From positions 64,001-128,000 of the forward strand of contig CAWALK010000020.1 in NCBI GenBank assembly GCA_963782915.1: DNA of 64,000 nucleotides. The letters are read 5' to 3'. Of this stretch, positions 1 through 10,702 are shown one piece after another. Positions within the stretch are counted from its first letter, which is position 1. Each line of letters begins with the position of its first letter. A model generated the notes under the pieces. It saw nothing but the letters and a program-made list of their open reading frames with translations. It ran no database searches and was not told the DNA's origin. The DNA comes from an uncultured archaeon. GTDB lineage: Archaea > Thermoproteota > Bathyarchaeia > Bathyarchaeales > Bathycorpusculaceae. The position numbers and the translations under genes were made by a program.

Positions 1-2
1 TA

Positions 3-755
3 GCTAGCAAATGGAAAATCCCCTCTGTCTACGTTGAAAACATGATTAGACCAAGCTATGGCTTCGCATCCTTCCTCAGCCCAGGCGAACGCTTCCTTGA
101 ACGTTACTATAAGTCATGCGCAAAAGTCATTATCCCTGATAATCCGATGCCCTATACAGTTTCAGAGTATAGCATCGGCGACATAAACGACATGGGCATA
201 GCTGACAGAACCGAATACGTCGGCAGCTTCATAGATACTAAACCTGAAACTGGCGGCCAAGAACACATTTTTGCGCCAATCAGCGGCCCAGTCGGAACCC
301 GCGGTCAATTACTCAAAACCCTGATGCCAGTGCTTGAGAAAGTAAAAAGCAAATGTATCATCAGCCTGGGTACACCTGGTAAAAAGGCTTCAGCTAAAAT
401 CGGCAACTATGAACTCTACACATGGCTCTCTGCCGAAGAACGCCGAAAAGCCATGTTGAATGCTAAATATGTGATTTTCAGCGGCGGCCATGCAACCTGC
501 TTTGAAACCATAAAATATGGCAAACCAAGCATCTGCATTCCCACACAGCCTGAACAGCTAGGCAACGCAGCAAAACTAGAGAAAATGAACTGCTGCATAG
601 TTGCCAAAAACAAGAAGCAACTCAAAAAAGCCATTGCAAAAATGGAATCTGAGCTGGATACTTATACAAGAAATGTTGAGAAATTAAGTGCGTTCTCAGG
701 TAGATTCAACGGCTTGGATAGGGCAGTTGAAATCGTTGAGAGCGTACCTAACTAA
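3..755 (+). CDS. GT-B glycosyltransferase, MJ1255/GT28-C-like (5' truncated by window edge)
   Basis: Frame is open from position 3. C-terminal GT28-like motifs are present: FSGGHATCFE and PTQPEQLGNA. Confidence 0.75.
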   Translation, partial: ASKWKIPSVYVENMIRPSYGFASFLSPGERFLERYYKSCAKVIIPDNPMPYTVSEYSIGDINDMGIADRTEYVGSFIDTKPETGGQEHIFAPISGPVGTRGQLLKTLMPVLEKVKSKCIISLGTPGKKASAKIGNYELYTWLSAEERRKAMLNAKYVIFSGGHATCFETIKYGKPSICIPTQPEQLGNAAKLEKMNCCIVAKNKKQLKKAIAKMESELDTYTRNVEKLSAFSGRFNGLDRAVEIVESVPN

Positions 756-756
756 A

Positions 757-1380
757 CTATTTTTTTAGGTTTAAGCGTTTGATTGAGCCGTTTGGGGTTT
801 CTTCGTCGAAGATGATGGCTTTGAACTTGTAGATTTTAACGTCTGGGGTTAACCAGCTGTCGGGGGGTAAGCCTGCTTTCATGCAGCATTGGCAGAGGAA
901 TTCTTCTTCAGCCCAACCCCACTCGATGGGTACCTGAGGCAGTAGTAAGCCTTTGCGGTAGCCGCGTTCGATGATTAAGCCGTCTTCGCCGACTTTGATT
1001 TGGTGCACATATTCTTTGGGGTTATCGGTTTCGACTCGTTCAGGAGGGGTTAGGACGCTGACTTCGAAGACGACATGGTCGAGTTCTTCTGGGGTTAGGG
1101 GTTCGAAGCGTGGGTCTTGTGTGGCGGCGTTGATGGCTGAGTCGATGACTGCTTCGATGAGTGGGCTTGTGGGGTATGGGTAGCCGATGCATCCGCGAAG
1201 CTCCTTCTCGGTGCCGTTTAGGGTGTTTATGGTTACGAATACGCCGCATTCAGTGAACATTTTTTGGGGTGTATCTTTCGGTGGCTTAGCTGTTTTGCCG
1301 TCTTGTAGATACTGCTTAACTGTGCTGCGGGCTAATTTAACTAAGAATTCGCCTTCTTCTTGAGTTAATTCAAAGGACAT
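757..1380 (-). CDS. AMMECR1-domain protein
   Basis: Motifs GVFVT, LRGCIG, DPRF, EVSVLTPP and GLLLPQVP. Confidence 0.95.
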   Translation of the reverse strand: MSFELTQEEGEFLVKLARSTVKQYLQDGKTAKPPKDTPQKMFTECGVFVTINTLNGTEKELRGCIGYPYPTSPLIEAVIDSAINAATQDPRFEPLTPEELDHVVFEVSVLTPPERVETDNPKEYVHQIKVGEDGLIIERGYRKGLLLPQVPIEWGWAEEEFLCQCCMKAGLPPDSWLTPDVKIYKFKAIIFDEETPNGSIKRLNLKK

Positions 1381-1454
1381 AACTTTTGCTCCTACCGCGG
1401 ACTATCCGCTAACATGTTTGGTGTACTAAAAATATTAAAAGGGAAAGGTTGGAT

Positions 1455-2174
1455 TTAGAATTTTGCTGCTTCTTCAACAACGCCATCTTTGGTTATGATG
1501 ACGAAGTCTAAGCCGTCGCCGCTCATAGCGTCACGTTGGATGGCTGCTTTAACTGCGCGGGTTACGAGTTTCTTTGCTTCTTCTAGGGTCATGTTGTCTT
1601 TGAAGCCTTCTTCGACTACGCCGATTGCGGTTTCTGTGCCTGAACCGACTGCTGCATACTTGTCTGGGATCAGTGAGCCGAGTACGTCGAGAACATAGAT
1701 TGATGAGCCTTCTTCGTCTAAGCCGCCTACGATGGTTTGGGTGATGAGTGGTGCATATCTGCGGTTAAAGAGCACGTTTGCCAAGAGTTTGGCTGAGCTG
1801 CGTACGCTGATTGGTCTGCCAACGTCCATGCTGTAGAGGTTTGCTTGTGCCTGCATTTCTCTTGCGAGAATCTGCATGTCGCCTACTAAGCCTGCGCATG
1901 CTACGCCGATGCTGTCTGTTATTTTGAAGACTTTTTTGCCGCCTCTGCTCATTATGAAGCCGCCGTAGGTTACTCTTTTTTCTGCAGCTAAGAGGACTCC
2001 GCCTTGGAAGATGACGCCGACGGTGGTTGCGCCTGGAATCCAAGAGATGCCTCCTTGCGCTCCTTGGTTTTGCGCTTGGGCTTGTTGCTGCTGTGGTGCT
2101 TCTTGTACCTGCGGCATAAGTGGGATACTTGGAAGTTGAGGTAGTTGAGGTAATGATGGTCCAAATCCGTCCAT
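1455..2174 (-). CDS. psmB: Proteasome beta subunit (probably the non-catalytic type)
   Basis: Motifs GATTVG, AAEKRVT, GSG and RDAMSGDG; Q-rich N-terminal extension. Confidence 0.92.
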   Translation of the reverse strand: MDGFGPSLPQLPQLPSIPLMPQVQEAPQQQQAQAQNQGAQGGISWIPGATTVGVIFQGGVLLAAEKRVTYGGFIMSRGGKKVFKITDSIGVACAGLVGDMQILAREMQAQANLYSMDVGRPISVRSSAKLLANVLFNRRYAPLITQTIVGGLDEEGSSIYVLDVLGSLIPDKYAAVGSGTETAIGVVEEGFKDNMTLEEAKKLVTRAVKAAIQRDAMSGDGLDFVIITKDGVVEEAAKF

Positions 2175-2354
2175 AATTTTCGCCTTGGTTTAATATACAC
2201 AAGACAAATCTATGAGGTTGCTTATAACCGTTATACACAACTTTAGCTGACGGGCTTATGGCATTTTATGAGTAAAATCTGCTCCAAGCTGGGTTTTGCG
2301 CTGTAATTTTGGGTTTTTGGGTTAAACTTTTAACTTGCCTCTGTATGAATACGC

Positions 2355-2962
2355 TTGAGAGAGGGGATAGGTTTGATTGAAATTTATAGTCGAGACTTCG
2401 ACGGCACAACATTTGCGGTTGCACTGGACCAAAGCGAAGTTCTTACCACAACTTTCCGTGCAGACCAAAAAGAAGCATTAAGCACGATTTTGGATAATTT
2501 GCCTTTTAGGGTGCCTTTCCAGGTTTTCCATGAACCCACACCCATCCGCAAAAACCGCACTATTAGCCCTCAAGGATATTTATGACGGCAAAGACACCAG
2601 CCGCAACCCTGCCTTTAGCCACAGCCCACTTGCCCAGTTACACCAAAAAAGTCCTCAAAGCAACCGTAGCCATCCCCGTCGGCTACGTCACCACATATGG
2701 CGCAATCGCAGAAGCCGTCGGCGGCGGCGCAAGAGCAGTCGGAAACGCCATGGCATGCAACCGTTTCGCCCCAGTCGTTCCCTGCCACAGAGTTGTTAAA
2801 TCGGATTTGTCGTTGGGCGGTTATGGCGCAGGCGGATTACAAGTTAAATTCGAGTTTTTGAGTAGAGAAAAACGCGGCTACACCGAACCCAAAACTGTCG
2901 AGGTCTCTGGGGGTCAACTCAAGGTCTTTCCAGTCGAGCATGTTTTAGCAAAGTTTGCTTAA
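2355..2962 (+). CDS. ogt: Methylated-DNA-protein cysteine methyltransferase (split by an indel near 2580)
   Basis: Active-site motifs TTYGAIA, ARAVGNAM and VPCHRVV; the N-terminal part lies in the adjacent frame. Confidence 0.9.
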
Positions 2963-3548
2963 GCTTGCTTACGCAAATCATAAAAGCAGCGCGCCCAACC
3001 ACACAGCAGGGATAACTATAGCAGTCACTCGAGGTCTTTACGTCGGCAGATTCCAACCCTTCCACAACGGGCACTTAGACGCCATAAAATACTGCCTCAA
3101 AGGCGTCGACGAATTAGTCGTTGTCATCGGCAGCGCCCAATACAGCCACAACAGCTACAACCCCTTCACAGCAGGCGAACGACTAGTTATGGTGCGCCGT
3201 GCCCTCTATGAAGCAGGCGTAGACTCCACAAAACTCTGGATTGTCCCCGTACCCGATGTCCATCTGCATATGCTCTGGGTAAGCGCAGTAGAAGGCTACA
3301 CACCCAAATTCAACGTAGTCTACTCCAACGAGCCCTTAACGCGCAGGTTGTTTATGGAGGCAGGCTACAAAGTTCAGGATTTGCCGCTGTTTGATAGGAA
3401 AGTTTACATGTCAACGTTGGTTCGGGAAAAAATGGTTAAGGGCGAAAGCTGGACTACACTGGTGCCCAAAGCCGTGGCTGATTTTATACTTGAAATCGAC
3501 GGCGTAAACCGGCTCAGAGATTTAGCCAGAACAGATAAAGTCTGCTAA
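2955..3548 (+). CDS. nadM: Nicotinamide-nucleotide adenylyltransferase
   Basis: Motifs GRFQPFHNGH, GSAQYSH and NPFTAGER. Confidence 0.93.
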   Translation: MLKLAYANHKSSAPNHTAGITIAVTRGLYVGRFQPFHNGHLDAIKYCLKGVDELVVVIGSAQYSHNSYNPFTAGERLVMVRRALYEAGVDSTKLWIVPVPDVHLHMLWVSAVEGYTPKFNVVYSNEPLTRRLFMEAGYKVQDLPLFDRKVYMSTLVREKMVKGESWTTLVPKAVADFILEIDGVNRLRDLARTDKVC

Positions 3549-4123
3549 ACAACGATAACATCCTGTTTGGCTTTGTGCCAGTAACGCCAAGCCAACATAT
3601 ACGTTGTAATCAACACCAACAAATTGATAAATACACTAAAAATGTCGCCGACTATCGCGAAAAAGTTGTTGGCAGCATGCAATCCCACCGCTATTAGGTA
3701 GTAGGGTAGCGGATTCTTTTTTGCAACTCCATACGCAGTTATGGTTGCGCTGGAAGCATGGAAAATGATGCCAGGCAATCTGGCTACGGGTGATGCTCCA
3801 ACGAATGCTACGTATTCGACGAATTCTGCAATCCCAAACCCCAACCCAATCAACAACCCGAGCGATACAAGGGAACGTTGGGTTTCGCCGTGGCGATAGA
3901 AGAGCGGGAACACTTTAGCAAGTTCTTCAACGAACGGAGCCAAAACCACAACCAGCAACGCCGCAGCCAGCACAGTTGAGGATGGAGCGAGCCCCTCAAA
4001 AAACGATGCAAACGGAATACTCACCAAAAAGCCTGTAGCAAAGAAGAAGATGTATTCCCGCCGCTTAGGCTTATGAATCGGAATAACGCATTGCCGCGGC
4101 TGTTCTGGTTGCGGATTCTCCAT
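3545..4123 (-). CDS. PrsW-family intramembrane metalloprotease
   Basis: EELAK, FGIAE and HAANN motifs; multiple TM segments. Confidence 0.85.
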   Translation of the reverse strand: MENPQPEQPRQCVIPIHKPKRREYIFFFATGFLVSIPFASFFEGLAPSSTVLAAALLVVVLAPFVEELAKVFPLFYRHGETQRSLVSLGLLIGLGFGIAEFVEYVAFVGASPVARLPGIIFHASSATITAYGVAKKNPLPYYLIAVGLHAANNFFAIVGDIFSVFINLLVLITTYMLAWRYWHKAKQDVIVV

Positions 4124-4183
4124 AAAAAGTAGCTTCCTAAAAATATTGAAGCTAATCTTGCTTATCAGCGTTTATGCAAGCAA

Positions 4184-5542
4184 TCAAAACCCAGCAGCTA
4201 CTGGGTCGGAGGGCTTCATTAATTCCCGCAGAAGCACTGTGGCATAGCAGCCGCGGAGCAGCATAAAACTGACCTTCAGTGAGTCCTCCGAGGCATCAAG
4301 GAGCTTGAAATCTTTAACAGGCGTCAAAACCGTACGCAACCCACCTTTGCCACCCGCTCTGGAAAGTTCATTGAGCCGTGATTGGACCGTCGCCGATGCC
4401 TTCCGCCTCAAGCACTTCCTGCTCGATTTCGCCCATAGCGCCGCCCGAGAGTTTCTGTTTCATGCCAAAAATCGGCAGTGCAACACGCATCTTACCCGCC
4501 TTAACCGCCGCATTAATTTGCGCCAAGTTCTCTGCGGTAACAACCTTATCCACAGTAGTCAACGGCAACCCAGACCGCTCAACCGCAACCACAAAATCGC
4601 CGACAACCGCCTCATTGAGCGGCAACCCATGCAAGATACGTTGGCTTAGGAAACGGTTGAAGAGATAGGACTGGTGGGCTTGGACAAAAAGCGCCTGAAG
4701 TTTAGGCTGTAACCGCTGAAAAGCGCCGACATAATCGGTTGGGTTATTGGCTAAGTGAGGTGAGCATTAGGCGTTCGAATCGGAGTTGTCTTGGAAAATT
4801 CTCTGCTGCCGCTTTGAAATCGTGGGTTTCTTCGAGTTGCTCTCGTGCCTGCCGTGACGAGGGATGCTCATAAGGGCTCGGCTTTGCTAAGAATAGCATT
4901 GCTGCTTCTTCGAAGTTGCCTTGGGTGAGGGCTTTTCCGACGAGGTGTGTTATGGGGCGTGTGGTGCCGAAGCGTTGGTGCCCGAAGTAGTTTGGGATGC
5001 CGCCTTGTTGGGTGAGTTCTTGGATGGTCTGTTCGATTTGCTCTTTGGCGTCTGCTTGGGTGACAGTTGGGTTTTTGATGGTTATCGTGAAATTGTTTCC
5101 TAAGAGATAGAACAGCGAGAGCATTTCTCGGACATAGCCGATTGGGGTGACTTTGAGGTCTTTAACATCAACCTTCCCAGCTTCTTCAACGGAGACGTTT
5201 TCTATAGTGATATGCTGAGCCGTTACGGCTTTAGCGTCTTTTATTCCTGCGAATTGGACGCGGTTTTGGTCTATGCCCAAGGGATTGGGCGACGTTTTTG
5301 GTGGCTATGAAGGTGTCCCAGTTGCGCTTAACCATCGTGCACAGCAGGAACCGCTGGGGCTGCGCCGATGAGCCAATAACTCTGGCGGGGACCGTTCCGC
5401 TTATGCTGGCTTTAGTGCCATCCACAAGTACTTCTTCAACGACAAAATCATCCACCGATTCCTTCAGTTTGCCGCCTACACCCGCCGCTTTGGTAGCGTA
5501 AGCATCCATACCCAGCAATTTGTCAACGTCAGGAATCGGCAA
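4184..5542 (-). CDS. truD: tRNA pseudouridine(13) synthase TruD/Pus7 (several indels)
   Basis: DFVVEE, FAGIKDAKAVTAQ, GNNFTI, PNYFGHQRFG and GCYATVLLRE are spread across 4 ORF pieces. Confidence 0.92.
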
Positions 5543-5551
5543 AACTGTCGC

Positions 5552-5917
5552 CTATAATAGTTTTAATTCGCGAGTAAGCCTGTCAATCTTCTCAGTTGGA
5601 GCGGGACCGATGCCCAAACAGGTAATTGAACCCTCGGGAATCTGGGTTAAACCAGCATCAACAATGAGTGCATGTGGCAAACCCAAGTCTTCTGCAAACT
5701 TTTCCAATTCACACAGTTCCTTTTCAGTCTGAACCTTCAATGCAACCTTTTTTTGACCTTCATACATCCATGCATCCCACCATTTCTTATGGTGTACATA
5801 GGCGTCTTGGGCTGCTGAGATGGCTGCGTGACCTGCTTGTGCTGCGATTTTGCCTTTGCCCATTTGCAGGTCGGTTCGGAAGATTAGGACTTGTTTGTAT
5901 TCGAATCGGTCTGACAT
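5552..5917 (-). CDS. pth2: Peptidyl-tRNA hydrolase Pth2
   Basis: Motifs RTDLQMGKGKIAAQAGHA, DAGLTQ and GIGP. Confidence 0.95.
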   Translation of the reverse strand: MSDRFEYKQVLIFRTDLQMGKGKIAAQAGHAAISAAQDAYVHHKKWWDAWMYEGQKKVALKVQTEKELCELEKFAEDLGLPHALIVDAGLTQIPEGSITCLGIGPAPTEKIDRLTRELKLL

Positions 5918-5953
5918 TTCGGGTTTCCCGCGTATAGGTTAGCATGCGAGATT

Positions 5954-7190
5954 TTAAGGGTTTGCAGACAGGTAGAGTAGCCCGAAGTATGCGAGTGCTG
6001 CCCACATCGCTGGTTTTCCAGCAACGGACATGAGCATCTTTCCCTGATAATCAATTTCGTCAACGTCGCTAAGGGCTTTGTCTACGCCTAGTTTGCCGCA
6101 GACGCGGAGCATTTCGTCGAGTTTTGTGTCGGAGAGGGAATCGAGGAATCGCCGTAGCCGCAGCATAACTTGAATGTCGAAGTTTAGGAGGTCGTCGCAG
6201 CGTTTCTGGTACGCTTGCAGTGCGTTGGCTGAGGTATCGCCTTTTTTGAGGGCTTGGGCTGCTACTTCGGCTGCTTCACGGGCACATGTCAATCCAAAGA
6301 TAACTCCGCCGCCAGTCGTAGGCTTAACCTGTGAAGCGCAATCGCCCATCGCCAAAAACCCATCCGCATAAGCCCTCCTGATTGGTCCGCCCAAGCTGAT
6401 GGCGTGGTAGCCCGCCTGCGTAATTTTGGCTTTCGCAAGCTGCTTGGATGCGACGGGGTGCTTAGTCATGAGGCGTTTGAGGTATGCTCGGGGGTCGCCT
6501 TGGTTGGTGGCTAAGCCGAGTTTGGCTGTGCCGTCGGGTTTGGGGATGAGCCAGCCGTAGAAGCCTGGGGCGTAGGTTTTGCCGAAGTAGACTTCGACTG
6601 CGTTCATTTCGATGTCTTGGGCTCCTGTGATTTCGGTTTCGACTGCGTAGACTAAGCCGCTGGGTTTAAGCGCCTTTAATCCAGCTTGGCGTAGGAGCCG
6701 CGAAGATATTCCTTCTGAATCAAAAACTATCTTTGAATTAACCTCAACTTCTGTGCCGTCTGCCCGTTTAACGTTAATGCCCTTCACAGAGCCATTCTGC
6801 ATCAGCAGTGACTGCACACGAGTGCTCACCTCGAAATGTGCCCCAGCCGCCTGTGCCTGCTTAGCCAAGATACTGGTCGAACCTTGCCCTATTGAGCGCA
6901 GTAGTCACTGGACAAGAAAGATGCAACGAAAACTTGGTGCCTTGAGGCGAGTAAAAGTTGGCAGCGCAAAAATTGTTCTCGATAATGCCGTCGGGCAGTG
7001 GATAAAGCCCCATGTTTCTGAGGCTTCGAATGCTAATATGCCCTGCACAATGAGATGGATAACCGATTTGGGGGTGCTCTTCGTAAACTGTGACGGGGAT
7101 GCCTTTTTTGGCTAAGTGAAGGGCTGCGTAGGAGCCGACGGGTCCGCCTCCGACGACCACTGCATCGGCTGGAAGTTTTTGGGCATTCAT
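5954..7190 (-). CDS. Geranylgeranyl reductase family flavoprotein (indel near 6865)
   Basis: Motifs GGGPVG, CAG, YGWLIP and GDCASQVKPTTGGG. Confidence 0.88.
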
Positions 7191-7264
7191 CGCTTAGGTA
7201 CTGTGTTGGCTTGTTTATATAAGGGGAGGGGAGGTAGCGGCAGAGCAATAAACCCGTTTTGCGA

Positions 7265-7808
7265 TTATTCTCGCCAGTTTTCAGGTCTATTCATGGCGTT
7301 TGAACCCATTACTTTGCCTTTAACGGTACCGAGTATGTTTGGTTTTAGGGCTTGTACCATCCATGCGTCAGCGACTTCGGTTGGGATGGGATATGTGGGT
7401 TCGAACCCATATTTAGCGGCTGGAGTAAACCCATATTTTGGGTAGTATGCTGGATGTCCGAGTACGAAATACGATTTCTATGCCTGATTGTGCTTGGAGT
7501 TGTATGCCTTTTTTGATGAGGCTGCCGCCGATGCCTTGCTTCTGAAATTTGGGTACAACTGCCAGAGGCGCCAAAAGCGAAGCCACTACCTCGGGGGCGT
7601 TTGTGATGTATGCTTTTGTGAAGAGGATATGCCCAACAGGTTGATCTTCGACGTAGGCGAGCAGGGATAAGGTGGGTTGTGCGGTAGGATCAGCTAATAG
7701 GTCTCTTGTGAGGTTGGCTTCTCCTTCGGTTTTAAACGCCGCTCGTTCCACTGCCCATATGTCATTTAGGTCGGCACTGGTTGTTTCACGTATTAGCATG
7801 TTAATCAC
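7265..7808 (-). CDS. GNAT acetyltransferase, YhbS-like (indel near 7460)
   Basis: VGHILF and LAPLAV..QKQGIG; the second frame continues GHPAYYPKYGF to a stop at 7265. Confidence 0.85.
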
Positions 7809-7946
7809 TATAGTAAAGTTGGGTTTGCCTTAATATAACAAGGGATACTCCGTCAGCCCAGCCTTTAATATTTCTCGATGTATTCAGGTATCGAATAACA
7901 GCCGTTTGAGCCGCAAACCTTAAAACACGAACAAAGAAGATAACGC

Positions 7947-8924
7947 TTGACAGGAAGGATTGATTTGGGGAAATTACAATTATTCACTATATTACTTGTA
8001 GCAATGATGGTTTGTTCATTATCAGTGATTGGAATTGGCCAGGTGGAAGCGGTTGGAGCAATCACACACTACAATGTTGATTTCATACAAGAAACCTCCA
8101 CTGTAGCTATAGCCAACAATCTTAAAGTGGAAGCTGCCGACGCCAACAATGACACCGTAACAACGGTCGGCGCAGTTGTTTTGACTTGCAGTGACCCTAA
8201 CGCGATTCTGCCAACCAACACCACACTAGACGTAAATGCTGGCGGTATAGCAAGCTGCACAATGTACTTTGGAACCGCTGGCACCCAAACAGTCACAGTA
8301 ACGGATACAGCAAATAATGCAATAGTTGGAACCTTAATAGTCACCGTTGCCCCAATCCATTTTGGCGTCTCGGTTACTCCAACAACCATTTCAGCGGGTG
8401 AATCCGTCAACGTTACGGTCTCAGCGTTAGATGCCTCTGAAAATGTGTTGACGGACATCGGGAGCTCGGGTTATGGCAAATCAATAGATTTTTCCTCAAC
8501 TGATGTAGCAGCAATTTTTCCGTTGCAGGGAAGCCCTAGCAATTTGGTAAATGGCATAGGCGTTTTCAACATTACCCTAAATACGGCTGGGTCTCAGACT
8601 ATTACAGTAGTGAACAAGGGGTTCCCTCTTGTTAACGCCACTACCGCTGCAATCACAGTTAATCCAGCGGCAACCCCGACGGTATCACCAACAACTGAAG
8701 TGACTCCAACACCAACAAGTCAACCAACAGCAACTCCAACATTGGCTCCAACACAAGCAGCCCAAACAGCCACAGACAATACACTACTCATAATCATCGC
8801 CGTAATAGCGGTAATTGCGATTGTCGGCATTTTGGTTGGTGTTGTGTTTATGCGCAAAAGAAAAGGCACCTCACCTGCCTCAACTTCTGATTTGCCTCTG
8901 CCTCCACCGCCACCGCCAACTTAA
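7947..8924 (+). CDS. Secreted, membrane-anchored Ig-like surface protein with Pro-rich cytoplasmic tail
   Basis: Signal peptide, two similar beta-rich repeats (TAGtQTiTV), PT-rich linker, C-terminal TM plus RKRK, tail ending LPLPPPPPPT. Confidence 0.75.
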   Translation: MTGRIDLGKLQLFTILLVAMMVCSLSVIGIGQVEAVGAITHYNVDFIQETSTVAIANNLKVEAADANNDTVTTVGAVVLTCSDPNAILPTNTTLDVNAGGIASCTMYFGTAGTQTVTVTDTANNAIVGTLIVTVAPIHFGVSVTPTTISAGESVNVTVSALDASENVLTDIGSSGYGKSIDFSSTDVAAIFPLQGSPSNLVNGIGVFNITLNTAGSQTITVVNKGFPLVNATTAAITVNPAATPTVSPTTEVTPTPTSQPTATPTLAPTQAAQTATDNTLLIIIAVIAVIAIVGILVGVVFMRKRKGTSPASTSDLPLPPPPPPT

Positions 8925-9037
8925 GGCCCCTTTTTGGGCTGGCTTTTTGCTAGCCTTTAACACCGTTTTTTGGTTTGCACAAGTAGTTTGCGACTTGTTT
9001 TGGGCTCGGCTTTCATGAAGCAATCTCTACCTCAAAG

Positions 9038-9082
9038 TGTTGGTTGTTGTTGTGTATAGGCGCTTTTCGGCAACAACACACT
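9038..9082 (+). repeat. Dispersed intergenic repeat, copy A (GTTGTTG...CAACAAC hairpin core)
   Basis: 42/45 identical to the reverse complement of 46238-46282. Confidence 0.8.
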
Positions 9083-9253
9083 GTAGAAAAACCAAAAACC
9101 CAAACAAGACCCCCACAACCAAGAAAACCATCCAAAATCATCATTACAAGCAATCGCCTAACATCATTTTACCTTTTGCAACCATGAAACGGCTATTTAT
9201 GCAAAACTTTATAACAGCGCCAAACGTTTTGGATTCTAAAAAGGTAGAAGCAA

Positions 9254-10174
9254 ATGAAATTCGGCACATACATGTTTGAAGCAAAGAAAGTTCCAGGCTT
9301 CGACTTTGACCTCTTCCGCACAAAACCGGAAGTCGGAAGACGAATGCCCCCTAAAGCTGATATGTACAGTAACGTCGCAATTTTCGGTGACAACGTCGCA
9401 GCCCGTCTACACCCAGACTGGATTTCACAATCAGACCTTGGTCCAGCTTGGAGAACCAACGACAACTACAACGTACGCTGGGAAGTCCTCTGTCAAACAC
9501 AACCAGAACACCGTGCAGAACAACTTGACTATATGGAAGACACTGCACGCAAAAGTCAAGGTGTCTGGCTAAACAGCATCCACTTCGCAGAACACGGCCA
9601 CTGCACCTGCCCAAGATGCAAAGAATTACACGCAAAAAGCGGCTTATCCTGGTACGAATGGAGACGCAAAGAAGTCACAGACTACATGGCAGCAACAAGC
9701 GACCGCGTAATCAACAAAGCCAAAAAACCACTATACATCGGTGTCCTTCCAGACCCAGTCACAAACTATGAACGCTTCGGCGTCAACTTCGACGATATGC
9801 TACCACTCACAACCGAAATGTTCGTCGTCATGTTCAGCAAAAACTACGCTACACCCTGGTACTGGGAAATGCTCACACGCAACTTCAAGAAACTCTTCAA
9901 AAACGTAAAACTAAACATTGCACTCTACGTTATCGGGCCCGGCGACGATCCACAAGAAACACCAACAGCAAGCGAACTCTTAACAGTCTCAGTCCGCATG
10001 GCACGCGCAGGCGTAGATGGCTTACTATACCTCACCGACAAAGCAGCACAGATGCAAGAATTCCAAAAGAAAGCCATCGCAGAGAAAGACACTCGCGAAC
10101 GCTTAAAGAGCTACGGCGGCAAAGCAGGCCAAGAAGTACTCGACCTAGTCACAAGCTGGGAAAAGCTCTTCTAA
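9254..10174 (+). CDS. Hypothetical protein, glycoside-hydrolase-like TIM barrel with CxCxxC motif
   Basis: HPDW...LC and VWLNSIHF-HCTCPRC resemble GHL10/GH42-like barrels; codon usage is strongly biased. Confidence 0.55.
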   Translation: MKFGTYMFEAKKVPGFDFDLFRTKPEVGRRMPPKADMYSNVAIFGDNVAARLHPDWISQSDLGPAWRTNDNYNVRWEVLCQTQPEHRAEQLDYMEDTARKSQGVWLNSIHFAEHGHCTCPRCKELHAKSGLSWYEWRRKEVTDYMAATSDRVINKAKKPLYIGVLPDPVTNYERFGVNFDDMLPLTTEMFVVMFSKNYATPWYWEMLTRNFKKLFKNVKLNIALYVIGPGDDPQETPTASELLTVSVRMARAGVDGLLYLTDKAAQMQEFQKKAIAEKDTRERLKSYGGKAGQEVLDLVTSWEKLF

Positions 10175-10590
10175 GGAAGTACGGAACAAAGATAGCTATC
10201 GGCAATCAACCAAAAAGGTTGAACAGCCAAGCTGCCTCTTTTTATATTTTTTTAACCTTTTATGCATTTGACTCTTAGTTCTGGATTTGTTTGTCCATTC
10301 TCTTTTAGCGACTCATACTGGGCTTCCATTAAAATCGAGGGCATCATTTTTGATATCCTCCAAATCTATATCACTCTGCAATATGCCTGAACTCTCTGAA
10401 CCCGCTTTAGCCGTTTTATCGAACATAACTAAAATTTTCAACCAACCAAATATGTTCCTAAACCCCATTTACCTATGCCCCCAAAACAATAAGCCCCCTC
10501 ATCTAAGCTTAAAACAGGCGATTCCACCCCAAATAAGCATTAAGCTTTTAGGTAAATGATGCGTAAACAGCAGTAACAGAGGATAAAACT

Positions 10591-10662
10591 ATGCCTTCAT
10601 TAGCAAAAAAGAACGCAGCAAAAAAGAAAAAACACGAAGAAAAAACAGGAAAGAAAGAGTAA
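10591..10662 (+). CDS. Putative 23-aa basic micropeptide MPSLAKKNAAKKKKHEEKTGKKE
   Basis: ATG preceded by GAGG; clean short ORF in an intergenic gap. Confidence 0.4.
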   Translation: MPSLAKKNAAKKKKHEEKTGKKE

Positions 10663-10702
10663 GCTTTCTCCAATTTAACGGCTCTCTTCAACCGCTAAAA
10701 TC

